Source: a virus
UHGV virus genome: UHGV-1356966
Length of the DNA: 36,988 nucleotides
Reading direction: 5' to 3' (one strand)
The notes beneath the pieces were generated by a model. That model ran no database searches. It worked only from the letters and a program-made list of their open reading frames with translations, and was not told the DNA's origin. Position 1 is the first letter of the stretch. Each line of letters begins with the position of its first letter. A program made the translations under genes and the position numbers. Below are positions 8,351 to 17,156 of the stretch, in pieces.

Positions 8351-8755
8351 TTACTCTACCTCCAATAACTCTGGATTCTCGTAGACGTTACCTAAAACAG
8401 TGAGAAATCTTTCTGTATCCCGATAAATAAATCGTCCATATTCAAATATGCCAACATTTGAATCAAATTGAATGTCTGGATTAATCTTCACGACTGCAAC
8501 TCTGATTGGTTTCTCTTCCCAATCGGGAGTATCTCCCCATTGCACTATGTCTCCCTCAAAAATCTCCACACCATTCTTATCTTTCATTCCTGTGGATTGC
8601 ATGAGGTCGATGTTTCGCACGTGATATGATTTCAATTCGGTAGGATTTATCCAATATTCAATAAAGTTTGTTTTGCCGTTTTTAGTAAAATGCAAGACGG
8701 CTACATCTCTCATTACGTTCTTTCGTTTATCCCACGCTCTAAACTTCGGTATCAT
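8351..8755 (-). CDS. YopX-family phage protein
   Basis: RAWDK…LMQSTGMKDKNGVEIFEGDIV…GNVYENPELL matches the YopX signature. Confidence 0.7.
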   Translation of the reverse strand: MIPKFRAWDKRKNVMRDVAVLHFTKNGKTNFIEYWINPTELKSYHVRNIDLMQSTGMKDKNGVEIFEGDIVQWGDTPDWEEKPIRVAVVKINPDIQFDSNVGIFEYGRFIYRDTERFLTVLGNVYENPELLEVE

Positions 8756-8997
8756 TCGCTGTCCTCCTCGTATTTTTCAATCAATTCCATTACTTTTTTC
8801 ACTATTTCAAACTCAACCGCTTTTGATTCTTCGAAATCATGAACAATTTCTGGAAACAGTACATCATCAACTACCCACAAAATAATCTGGCGCTTTCCAC
8901 CAAAATTTATGATTAGATGGTCCGATTCCACAGATAGTGTTGCTCCTGATTCGATATCATATAAATCCATGCTGAATTGAACGAGTTTTTTTATCAT
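8752..8997 (-). CDS. Hypothetical protein (81 aa)
   Basis: ORF track entry. Confidence 0.35.
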   Translation of the reverse strand: MIKKLVQFSMDLYDIESGATLSVESDHLIINFGGKRQIILWVVDDVLFPEIVHDFEESKAVEFEIVKKVMELIEKYEEDSE

Positions 8998-9313
8998 TTG
9001 CTGTCCTCCTCAAATACTCTTCTAATATTTCTTTATACTTCTCTACAAATTTGAAACGATCTTGATGAAGCTTCTGACTCCAGTTAGTTTGTTTATCAAG
9101 CTCACGCATCTGATCGAACCCTTTTTGAATTTCGTTGTAATAAAATTCAATGTTTGCTGCTGCTTTCCAATGCCTGCTACTTCGCACTCCTACTCCTGTT
9201 TCAGCCATTTCCAACTTAACTAATTCCGCTCGTTCTTTTGCTTTTTTATCTTTCTGAATCTTTGCCATGATTTTCTTGAGGATGATATCACTGTATTGTG
9301 TAATGAGATCCAT
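8957..9313 (-). CDS. Hypothetical protein (118 aa)
   Basis: ORF track entry. Confidence 0.35.
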   Translation of the reverse strand: MDLITQYSDIILKKIMAKIQKDKKAKERAELVKLEMAETGVGVRSSRHWKAAANIEFYYNEIQKGFDQMRELDKQTNWSQKLHQDRFKFVEKYKEILEEYLRRTANDKKTRSIQHGFI

Positions 9314-9348
9314 TATTTCTCCTCCTAAAATTTCATTTCATCGTTGTT

Positions 9349-9450
9349 GTCATCTTCTTTGTCATCAGTTTGGGAAAGGAGCGCATACACGAGATATGCT
9401 GCTCCTACTAAACCTAAGAACAAGAGAATTTTAGCCATAAAGAATCCCAT
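9349..9450 (-). CDS. Small single-TM peptide (~35 aa), possibly translationally coupled to the SPFH gene
   Basis: ATG follows the SPFH stop with a 1-nt gap (TAA T ATG). Translation is MGFFMAKILLFLGLVGAAYLVYALLSQTDDQRR. Confidence 0.3.
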
Positions 9451-9451
9451 A

Positions 9452-10267
9452 TTATTTGCCTGCTTCATCCGTAACTACAGTATCTGCTCCATTTACTGTT
9501 ACCCATCCATGCTTTTTGCGAGCTTGAGCTTCTTCATAACGAATCAAATTGTCTGTTACTGATTCGGCGACTTTGCGATTAGATTCTGCCTCTGCTTCTG
9601 CAGCTTTTGTTTTCTTGTAAGCTTCACTATCAGCTTGAGTTTTTGCAGTTTCTGCATCTAGCTTCGCTTTTTCATTTTCTTGACCAGCTCGAATGATCGC
9701 ATCGATTGATTTTTGTGTTTCTTTATCGACATCTGGAACACCAAGTGTTACGTCTTCGACTTCAAACCCTTTAGATTCAACTGATTTAGCAAAGTTCGTT
9801 AATACCTCAGCTTCAACTTTAGAGGAATCTCCTGAAAGGACATCAAGCAGACTATATTTCGCATAAACTTCACGAGCGACCTTTTGAAGCTTAGATTTTA
9901 ACCATCCACTTTCGATATCTTCCGAAGTGATATTCCCAAATTCCTTGTACATTTTTGCTGCTTTAGTTGAATCAACTTTGTAGTCATATTTGATATCAAT
10001 CGTTGTCTTTTTGCCGTCGCTTGTAGATACTGAAATATTTTTTGATTGGATAGTTTGCAAGCGAATTGGATATTGGATCACTTTGTCAATCCCTACAAAT
10101 TTCACACCTTGCGTCAGTGCTTCATCTTTGATACCGCCGTTCATTGAATAGCGCACACCCACATATCCATTATCGATTTTTTCGAAGAACTTAAATCCTC
10201 CGATAACTCCAATACCTACGATTACTGCTCCTGCTACACCTAATTTGATTAATTTGTTTTCGTTCAT
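9452..10267 (-). CDS. SPFH / band-7 (prohibitin-flotillin-like) membrane protein
   Basis: N-terminal TM segment LIKLGVAGAVIVGIGVIGGF, an SPFH-like core, and a C-terminal Ala/Glu/Lys-rich coiled coil. Confidence 0.7.
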   Translation of the reverse strand: MNENKLIKLGVAGAVIVGIGVIGGFKFFEKIDNGYVGVRYSMNGGIKDEALTQGVKFVGIDKVIQYPIRLQTIQSKNISVSTSDGKKTTIDIKYDYKVDSTKAAKMYKEFGNITSEDIESGWLKSKLQKVAREVYAKYSLLDVLSGDSSKVEAEVLTNFAKSVESKGFEVEDVTLGVPDVDKETQKSIDAIIRAGQENEKAKLDAETAKTQADSEAYKKTKAAEAEAESNRKVAESVTDNLIRYEEAQARKKHGWVTVNGADTVVTDEAGK

Positions 10268-10277
10268 TTTTTTCCTC

Positions 10278-10496
10278 CTAATTCTTCATCCAAAACATAA
10301 ATCGCACCAAATCTTCTTGTGTACCATTTACATAAAGATTCAGTTCTGCTCCAACTGCAACTAGAATTCCGATAATTAACAGGACAATACCTGTCACTGT
10401 ATATTTTCTTCCTTTTCTACTTTCACAGATGAGGTAGTATCCTAGAAATGCTAGTAAACCACCAATCGCACACCAAAATATTGTTAAACCTATCAT
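10278..10496 (-). CDS. Small 2-TM membrane protein (72 aa), upstream partner of the SPFH gene
   Basis: Two hydrophobic segments. Its position mirrors bacterial NfeD-SPFH pairs, but it is far shorter than an NfeD protein. Confidence 0.45.
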   Translation of the reverse strand: MIGLTIFWCAIGGLLAFLGYYLICESRKGRKYTVTGIVLLIIGILVAVGAELNLYVNGTQEDLVRFMFWMKN

Positions 10497-10804
10497 TTGC
10501 TGTCCTCCAAATCACTCGACTTCACGAATACACCATCTACCATTTTTCCTGTGCGCCCTTTGATTTCGTTGTATGCCATTTCTAAACACTCTTGTACGTT
10601 TGTCCCTTTTTGCATGGAAAGGATAATCAACGTGACGATTACGTCTCCTACGCTATCTTTAAATAGCTCATCATTACTTCTTGCCATTGCTGAAGCGATT
10701 TCCCCGAATTCCTCAGCTACTTTCAAAAACTGTGCTTTTGGATCTGCTTGATCCAGTCCCTTGTCTTTAGCCCACTGCTCTACTTTTGTGATTAGTTCGT
10801 TCAT
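10493..10804 (-). CDS. MazG-like nucleotide pyrophosphohydrolase
   Basis: EEFGE and DSVGDV motifs in a roughly 100-aa all-alpha protein. Confidence 0.7.
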   Translation of the reverse strand: MNELITKVEQWAKDKGLDQADPKAQFLKVAEEFGEIASAMARSNDELFKDSVGDVIVTLIILSMQKGTNVQECLEMAYNEIKGRTGKMVDGVFVKSSDLEDSK

Positions 10805-11103
10805 TTTTTCTCCTCCACATACCTAAATTGTCGTCCTTTTGAATCAATCCATAAGCTCCTTGCTCTATCCCAGATGATGTTTTTGCTCAGACCAGTAATT
10901 TCAGATAACTGTTCAGCAGTACCTGTTACTAGAATTCGATCACCATGCCAAATTGCAATCTTTCTCGGCGTTCTCCGTTTGGGCTTTTCAGTCCACATTG
11001 ATTTACCGAGCTTTTGGACTTCTGTAACTATTTCTTTGTCTTCTTGCCAATTCTCAGAATGTGTCAGTTCGATGATTCGTTTCATTGCCGCTTTCTTATC
11101 CAT
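10801..11103 (-). CDS. Hypothetical protein (100 aa)
   Basis: ORF track entry. Confidence 0.35.
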   Translation of the reverse strand: MDKKAAMKRIIELTHSENWQEDKEIVTEVQKLGKSMWTEKPKRRTPRKIAIWHGDRILVTGTAEQLSEITGLSKNIIWDRARSLWIDSKGRQFRYVEEKK

Positions 11104-11320
11104 CCCGACGTTCCCCTTTCAATAATTTGAGTACTTGATCAAGTGCGCTCTCACGTCCACCATGGAACGTGTTGAGCCACTTGTCTTCGTACGAGGCGCT
11201 TTGTCTTAAAGCTTCTTGATGCATTAGTTCGATCTGTGCTGTAAATGTTTTTAGATCCATCTGATTACACCTGCTCAAGTTCACTAAGATGTTTTTGCAA
11301 TCCTTTAATGCAATCAACAA
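11096..11320 (-). CDS. Hypothetical protein (74 aa)
   Basis: ORF track entry. Confidence 0.3.
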   Translation of the reverse strand: MLIALKDCKNILVNLSRCNQMDLKTFTAQIELMHQEALRQSASYEDKWLNTFHGGRESALDQVLKLLKGERRDG

Positions 11321-11534
11321 ATAGTAATTTTGTATAAGCTAAATTTCTTAATTGTGTTGTATCGATATAGAGTGCGAAATAGTATCTGAGTTTACTCCAA
11401 CTCGAACGATCATTATTAATTCCTTCGATTCCAGCTTCTTCGAGTTGATCATATACGTCTCTCAGGATTTCTATTTCCTCACCAGTTTTATACTTTGCTA
11501 TTTCATTAATTAGTTCTAGATAATCGATTTTCAA
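11265..11534 (-). CDS. Hypothetical protein (89 aa)
   Basis: ORF track entry. Confidence 0.3.
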   Translation of the reverse strand: MKIDYLELINEIAKYKTGEEIEILRDVYDQLEEAGIEGINNDRSSWSKLRYYFALYIDTTQLRNLAYTKLLFVDCIKGLQKHLSELEQV

Positions 11535-11545
11535 TTTCCCACCTC

Positions 11546-12373
11546 TTAGAATGGTGCTTTTGATTGTCTATTAGCTCGTTCTAGCGCTTTTTTCTTGAGA
11601 TAGGCTTCTTGGTCGATTGCCCACTCAGGAAGCTTCTCTCGTCTTCCTGTGCGCTTGTATCCACTGCTTGCGTTCTTAGATTCACTTTTTTCTTTTCTTG
11701 CCCAGCTTCGAATAGTTGCCAAATAGTTTTTATAAGTCTTACCAGATGATTCACAATACTCAGATAGCCGTTCTATTCGCTCTTGGTAGTCATTAGGGAA
11801 TTCTGTTTTGAGTTTCTCCATCTGCTCATCTGACAAAAGAACATTTTTATACTCTCCGTATTTATGACGGATGGACTTAGCCTTCGATTTTTTCGAAGGC
11901 GTTACATCTTTTATCTCTTTACTATCCTTACCTAACCTATCCTTACCTAACCTAACCTGTGTATCCATTTGGTATACCGCTTGGTTGTCATCTGGTATAC
12001 CAAGTTTTTCATCATGTTTAGAAAGCTCTTCTGCAAATGTATAAGCTTTGTTATCTTTGTCTGCTAGTAAAGCTTTTTCATCCTGATATAACGTGGGTTT
12101 GTAACGATCATTACGAATATAGTTGTGTATTTTCCAATGCTTAATGACGATCACGCCGCTTTCGAAAACTAAGATGAATCTTTTTGCCATAAGCAGTTTT
12201 AAATCATCATCACCACAACCAACCATACGTTGTATTTTTTTGGGATTATTAATAAATCCGTCATCATCTGCGCGCATTGATAGATGGAAATATAATGCCT
12301 GTGTCGATAAAGGCATATCTAGGAATGCATCAGAATCAATAATTGTCTTTGCGAACATTCTTCTTTCTGCCAA
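11546..12373 (-). CDS. Phage replisome organizer / replication initiator (DnaD-like N-terminal domain)
   Basis: N-terminal sequence typical of phage replisome organizer N-domains. It is followed by a basic C-terminus and contains internal DNA repeats. Confidence 0.65.
   Translation of the reverse strand: MAERRMFAKTIIDSDAFLDMPLSTQALYFHLSMRADDDGFINNPKKIQRMVGCGDDDLKLLMAKRFILVFESGVIVIKHWKIHNYIRNDRYKPTLYQDEKALLADKDNKAYTFAEELSKHDEKLGIPDDNQAVYQMDTQVRLGKDRLGKDSKEIKDVTPSKKSKAKSIRHKYGEYKNVLLSDEQMEKLKTEFPNDYQERIERLSEYCESSGKTYKNYLATIRSWARKEKSESKNASSGYKRTGRREKLPEWAIDQEAYLKKKALERANRQSKAPF
11924..12000. repeat. Putative origin of replication inside the replisome-organizer gene: 15-bp tandem iteron plus a palindrome pair
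   Basis: ATCCTTACCTAACCT occurs at 11924..11938 and again at 11939..11953, followed by a partial AACCT. The palindrome GGTATACC occurs at 11971..11978 and 11993..12000. Confidence 0.5.
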
Positions 12374-12375
12374 AA

Positions 12376-12870
12376 TTATTCCTCCTCTAGCTGAGATAAT
12401 GTATGCGATAAATATGCCAATACTGCTAAAGTATCTTGCGAAGTAAGTTGATACTCAGGTTCATACATTTCATCAACAAACCTGATTTGAGCACGTTCAT
12501 GCGAATAATCTTGACCACACCATCGACGGATTGTTCTCGAATGACCACTCCGAAACCCCTCGTTATACCAATAACCAAACACCTCTTTTTCTTCGAGCAT
12601 TACAGGTAGATTTCCTTCTTCAATAGTTTTTATAGCGAATTTTAAAAGTGAACGCAGCTCTTTTTCCCATTCTTTATATCGTCTTATTTCAACTAGTTGC
12701 GTACCGATAGCTACATTCTCATCATGATTATTAAATTGCTCAATATATGACTTCTGCAATTTAATCTCTTTGTGGAGTTCTTCTTCATTCTTTGCAAACT
12801 CTTTTCTGAGTTTATTTAGTCTATCTTCGGCTTCTTTTAATTTTTTAAAATTATCATTAATTGTTCTCAC
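12376..12870 (-). CDS. Hypothetical replication-module protein (164 aa)
   Basis: ORF track entry, tightly spaced to neighbouring genes. Confidence 0.4.
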   Translation of the reverse strand: MRTINDNFKKLKEAEDRLNKLRKEFAKNEEELHKEIKLQKSYIEQFNNHDENVAIGTQLVEIRRYKEWEKELRSLLKFAIKTIEEGNLPVMLEEKEVFGYWYNEGFRSGHSRTIRRWCGQDYSHERAQIRFVDEMYEPEYQLTSQDTLAVLAYLSHTLSQLEEE

Positions 12871-12872
12871 TT

Positions 12873-13559
12873 TTACCCTCCAATATTTAACTTTTTGATT
12901 GTCTCCTGGTTTAACTTGATCCCTTTGATTTGATACTTATTTTTAAAATTGATCACACCTATTTTGTGCTTCTCCGTGTGATGGATTCTGCAGAGTGCTG
13001 CAAATGTGTACTCTGAATGATCAACTTCTTTGCGCTTTCGTCTTCCTAGCGCTTTGTCAAAGTGATCGATATCAGCTCCTGTTTTGCCACAGATGCAGCA
13101 GACTCTTTTTGTGATGCATTTGTAGAAGTAATACTCTTGATTCGCTGGTAAAATCTCATAACCTTCTTTGAAAGGAATATGATGTTCAAAGATAAAATCT
13201 AGGATGATATTCGCTAAGATATTGGCATCACTCACGGTTGTGCTCGATTCGTCTTTGAGGCTTATTTCGCGCCCTGTGACACCTTCGAAACGGAAGTAGA
13301 AGAATTCCTTCCAGAAGTCCGTTGGCATGCCTGTATCGATGAAAATATCGCCTATGAGCGCATAGATGAAGTTTCGTTGCTGTACAGTGAAACGTCTAGG
13401 ATCAATAAAACGAATTTCAATGACTCGATCGCCATCGTAGCCGTCATACATCGTCTTTAGTCGATCAATGTTCACTTCTTCATTGATCGTTGCACCTATG
13501 TCTTTTCCTTTGAACTTTTTCAGAACCGCTGAATATGAATCGATTAATGGTTTAAACAC
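12873..13559 (-). CDS. DUF968-type putative HNH endonuclease
   Basis: C-terminal CCICGK…DHFD…HH…H motif. Confidence 0.6.
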   Translation of the reverse strand: MFKPLIDSYSAVLKKFKGKDIGATINEEVNIDRLKTMYDGYDGDRVIEIRFIDPRRFTVQQRNFIYALIGDIFIDTGMPTDFWKEFFYFRFEGVTGREISLKDESSTTVSDANILANIILDFIFEHHIPFKEGYEILPANQEYYFYKCITKRVCCICGKTGADIDHFDKALGRRKRKEVDHSEYTFAALCRIHHTEKHKIGVINFKNKYQIKGIKLNQETIKKLNIGG

Positions 13560-13564
13560 TCATA

Positions 13565-14321
13565 TCACTTCTCTTTTGTTTCTTCTCTGTACTGATCTTC
13601 AATCCAGTTAACGCCACGTTTTAGAATGCCCAAGTCTCTCTTGGTCCATTTACTGTCATCAGCGGTTATAGAAGCTGCATCAGTCAATGCAACAATTGCT
13701 TCATCAATCGATTTTTCGTACTTGTTAGCAACCAGTTGTAAAGCATCCAAGAATAGCTTTTTGCTTCTTTGAGTAGCTGGTTCAAGCATCGAGACATCTT
13801 CTGGCATATCTTCGCCAGCAAATATATATAGCCCTAGCCCAAACATTGCTAGATTTTTTACAAGACAGCGCATGATCGTTTTGTTGATATCAAACATAGT
13901 TGCTGCTTCAACTCGCTTTTCGATTTTTCCAACAATCTCTTTTTTCTTCGTTTCGTTATTCCACTGATAATCATTGACTTCGTAGGTATATGGCTCATCT
14001 TTCATTGCCTTGTTTGCACCATCCATGACTGGTAACCACATGTCACGCTTTACTCCGTTGACTGTGATACTGGTAAAAACCATGTACCCTGTTTTCTTAT
14101 CAAAGACATACGGCAGATATGTTTCTGGATCATGATAGATTTCATAATCTACTGCCTCACACACTTTGCTAACTTCTGCCCAAGCCCATGCCCACGAAAG
14201 ATAAGTGAGGTTATTTCGTTTTTCAGTAACATCTTTCACATTTATTTTGTATAAGGTATTAAAAAGCGTATTATCACTTCTATTTTTCAAAGGTTGTTCC
14301 TTTTCACTCATCAAATTCTGC
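13565..14321 (-). CDS. Rad52-like single-strand annealing protein (Sak / DUF1071)
   Basis: NLTYLSWAWAWAEV motif. The likely true start is ATG at 14321, which has a GGAGG RBS. The track ORF begins upstream at 14371. Confidence 0.6.
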
Positions 14322-14645
14322 CTCCATTTCAGCAATGTATTTCTTACCTGATCCGTAATAAGAGATATCAATCAAGTTATCTCTGTCATACTCTTCTAGC
14401 GCATCAATCAAGCCATCTTCGATGACATAGATATATTCAGGTTTTTTGGACTTCCTCGATAAATGGATAAGATAGACATGATCCCAAATACTCACAAAAT
14501 TTCCCAAATCGTCTTGATCACATGCTAGTTCTTCATCCGTCAAAAGATTTCGTCTGATTTTTCGATTATTTGTTTCCTTGATATTCGATTTGCCCCAACT
14601 AGGATCAGTCAAATATTGATCTAGAGTGGAAAGTTCTTTTTCCAT
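14304..14645 (-). CDS. Hypothetical protein (113 aa)
   Basis: ORF track entry with an AAGGAG RBS. Confidence 0.4.
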   Translation of the reverse strand: MEKELSTLDQYLTDPSWGKSNIKETNNRKIRRNLLTDEELACDQDDLGNFVSIWDHVYLIHLSRKSKKPEYIYVIEDGLIDALEEYDRDNLIDISYYGSGKKYIAEMEAEFDE

Positions 14646-14968
14646 ATGCTAAAATCTCCTTATGATGTGTTTTCTTTGTGACTCTTTGCTTGCCGGCGGA
14701 GTCACTTTTTTATTTGTTGCCATGCTTTTTGCTTTTCGATATGTTGTTTGCTTAAAATAATAGGGCAGTTATTGGTCCACCAATTATCAGCAATCACTTT
14801 ACCGATTTTTAGCGCTTCTTCTCGTTCCATAGTTGCTCCTTTCTTTTGAATCAAGCAGATTGATTAAAACCATCAATGCTGCGAACAAGCTTCCCCCGAT
14901 AATACTTTGGTGCGCTACTATCACTAATAGCCCTAGAATGAATCCTATAAAAAGTGTGTCTGTCTTCT

Positions 14969-15154
14969 TCATAATCCGATCTCCCTATTTTTTATTTCTA
15001 GCATTCTCAAATCCTCAAGTTCAGAAGCGATTAATTCAGCTTGTCTATCTGATAGCTCATCGGCTTTTCTAAGCGCTGCACGGTCATCTTGTAATTGTTT
15101 CCTGCGTTGTTTAATCAAACCGAGAATTTGATATTCTTGTTGCAATGTGTACAT
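14969..15154 (-). CDS. Hypothetical protein (61 aa)
   Basis: ORF track entry. Confidence 0.3.
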   Translation of the reverse strand: MYTLQQEYQILGLIKQRRKQLQDDRAALRKADELSDRQAELIASELEDLRMLEIKNREIGL

Positions 15155-15155
15155 T

Positions 15156-15485
15156 TTATTTAGCTCCTCCTAAATACTTCCACAGTTCATTTTCGATAAA
15201 TTCAATCATCCCTGTTGCTTTGAAAAGCCAGCGATCACTTTGAGAAGCTGGATAATAGACAAATCCTCCATTCTCTACATCTAATTTTTTAATTAGGTTT
15301 GAGTTATTCAAAATATTATCTTTTAACCATTTAGCAGAGCGATTTGTTCTGGATACAAAGTCTTTCATAGTGAACATTTTTCCTCGAAGGTCGTTCGCTT
15401 TAAGTTCTTCAAACTTAGCTTTTTCAACAAGAACCATTTCACTGGGAATTTGGATTGTTACCAATGCTTCTATTTGTTGGCTCAA
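15156..15485 (-). CDS. Hypothetical protein (109 aa)
   Basis: ORF track entry. Confidence 0.35.
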   Translation of the reverse strand: MSQQIEALVTIQIPSEMVLVEKAKFEELKANDLRGKMFTMKDFVSRTNRSAKWLKDNILNNSNLIKKLDVENGGFVYYPASQSDRWLFKATGMIEFIENELWKYLGGAK

Positions 15486-15497
15486 CTAAATTTCCTC

Positions 15498-16280
15498 CTA
15501 AACATCCATTTTTATTTGTCTTAATTCAAACTTCGTTACACTAGACGGCTCCCAACTATTAATAAATTCCATAACCTTTTCATAGTGTTTAGCTCTCAAT
15601 TGAGTACGAGCCCCTACACCTGTGATTTTCTTAACTCCACCGTTTATATCTTTGAAAAGTAACCCGATAGTTTTACGATCCGAGCGATTTATTGAATAAG
15701 CATCCGCTACTTCATACACTCTTTTATTAATTCGAGAAGAAATAATGCTGTACTCGCCTTGCGGTAAGGGTTGATTTTCTTTTAAATCTGTAACTTGTTC
15801 TTCAATCACATCTAGTCTTTGATTGGTTTCTTCATTTGCTGCTAAAGCTAATTTTGCTAATTCTCGAGAAGTATTTGGAATTTTAACTTGTTCTCTCATG
15901 GCAAAATAGTTATCCACTAACTCGTCATAGATTTCCCACGCTGTATCATCTTCTAATATTTTTAATAATTTAGCGTAGCCACGTTCAGATAAGATGTAGA
16001 TGTTTTTAGACATTCGTACAGAATGTGCATCAAATCCATAGTTTTCAGTAAGGTCACTCAGCGTGACCTTAGATTTTATATCAATAATATCTACGCCTTC
16101 TTTAAATCGACTAATCTGTCTTTCAATAGCTTGATTGATTGCTTTTACTGGTCTATTATGGATTCCCGCGATATCCTTCACTGTCATTGCTTTCTTTTCT
16201 TGACCGAAACCACCTTCAATACCGATAAATTCAATATTTCCAATTTTTTTCTTTCCTGTTACTTTGATTGATTCTTTCAT
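15498..16280 (-). CDS. Phage antirepressor (Bro-N / AntA-like N-domain plus KilA-C-like C-domain)
   Basis: Domain order and size are typical of Gram-positive phage antirepressors placed just after cro. Confidence 0.65.
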   Translation of the reverse strand: MKESIKVTGKKKIGNIEFIGIEGGFGQEKKAMTVKDIAGIHNRPVKAINQAIERQISRFKEGVDIIDIKSKVTLSDLTENYGFDAHSVRMSKNIYILSERGYAKLLKILEDDTAWEIYDELVDNYFAMREQVKIPNTSRELAKLALAANEETNQRLDVIEEQVTDLKENQPLPQGEYSIISSRINKRVYEVADAYSINRSDRKTIGLLFKDINGGVKKITGVGARTQLRAKHYEKVMEFINSWEPSSVTKFELRQIKMDV

Positions 16281-16486
16281 TTCTCTTCCTCCTCAATAAA
16301 AACTATTTCAAGATAAGCAGCTACTTGTTGTCGATAGTCTTTAGCTTTCTTACCATTTTGAATCCCCTTAACAACCTGTTTTACATAAGTGTCTGATGTA
16401 CCAATAACTTTTGCTAAATCCTTCCATTTTTTCTTTTTTCGATGCATTTGTACTAGCACTATTTCTTCGAAATCTTTAATTAACAA
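16277..16486 (-). CDS. Cro-like HTH regulator
   Basis: HTH WKDLAKVIGTSDTYVKQVVKG. The likely start is TTG at 16486, 7 nt after AAGGAG. It is divergent from the repressor gene. Confidence 0.55.
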   Translation of the reverse strand: MLIKDFEEIVLVQMHRKKKKWKDLAKVIGTSDTYVKQVVKGIQNGKKAKDYRQQVAAYLEIVFIEEEEK

Positions 16487-16499
16487 AATAATCACTCCT

Positions 16500-16790
16500 T
16501 TTAAAATAAAAATATAAAACTAGTTATTTAGCTTTTTTTAGAACTATCTATTGACATATCTATATAATTGTGTAGAATATAGACATAGCTAAATAAGACT
16601 ATAAAAGCCCGTAAATTAACATTTCTAAGTTTGGCGACCGTGAAATTGTTTGGTTTTATTGGTTCTCTTTAGTTTTATTTTCAGCTAAATAACTAGCTTA
16701 TGGATGAAGTATATTATATAAATAGATAGATGTCAAACATTTTCTATATTTTTATACAATCCTCTTCAGCTATTATATGAGGTGGTTGAT
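16500..16790. promoter_or_regulatory. Genetic-switch region between cro and the ImmR-like repressor: facing TTGACA promoters and operator-like repeats
   Basis: A TTGACA box sits on each strand (plus strand near 16551, minus strand near 16733). The octamer CTATCTAT/ATAGATAG flanks each. Two copies of the inverted repeat CTAGTTATTTAGC / GCTAAATAACTAG lie near 16519 and 16685. Confidence 0.45.
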
Positions 16791-17153
16791 ATGACAACGT
16801 TTGATCGCGTAAAAAAATTAGCTGACAGACAAAAAATTTCTATCGTAGAACTTGAAGAAAAATTAAACTTCGGCAAAAATTCACTGTATCGTTGGAAAAA
16901 CAGTTCTCCAGCTTCTGATAAATTACAAAAAGTAGCTGATTATTTCAATGTATCTACAGATTATTTGCTTGGAAGAACAAACATTCCTAACCAAATAGAA
17001 AATATTTCCGAAGAAGAGGTGGATCCATTAGTTTATTACAGAATGGATGATACTGATATGTCTCCAGAAGATATGGAGGAAGTTAGAAGGCAAATTGAGT
17101 TCGCGGAAAGACTCGCAAGAGAACAAATTCGTAATCGCAAGGGTGGGAACTAG
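16791..17153 (+). CDS. XRE-family HTH repressor (ImmR/CI-like)
   Basis: HTH_XRE at the N-terminus. ATG at 16791 is preceded by GAGGTGG. The ImmA-like protease gene follows immediately. Confidence 0.7.
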   Translation: MTTFDRVKKLADRQKISIVELEEKLNFGKNSLYRWKNSSPASDKLQKVADYFNVSTDYLLGRTNIPNQIENISEEEVDPLVYYRMDDTDMSPEDMEEVRRQIEFAERLAREQIRNRKGGN

Positions 17154-17156
17154 ATA

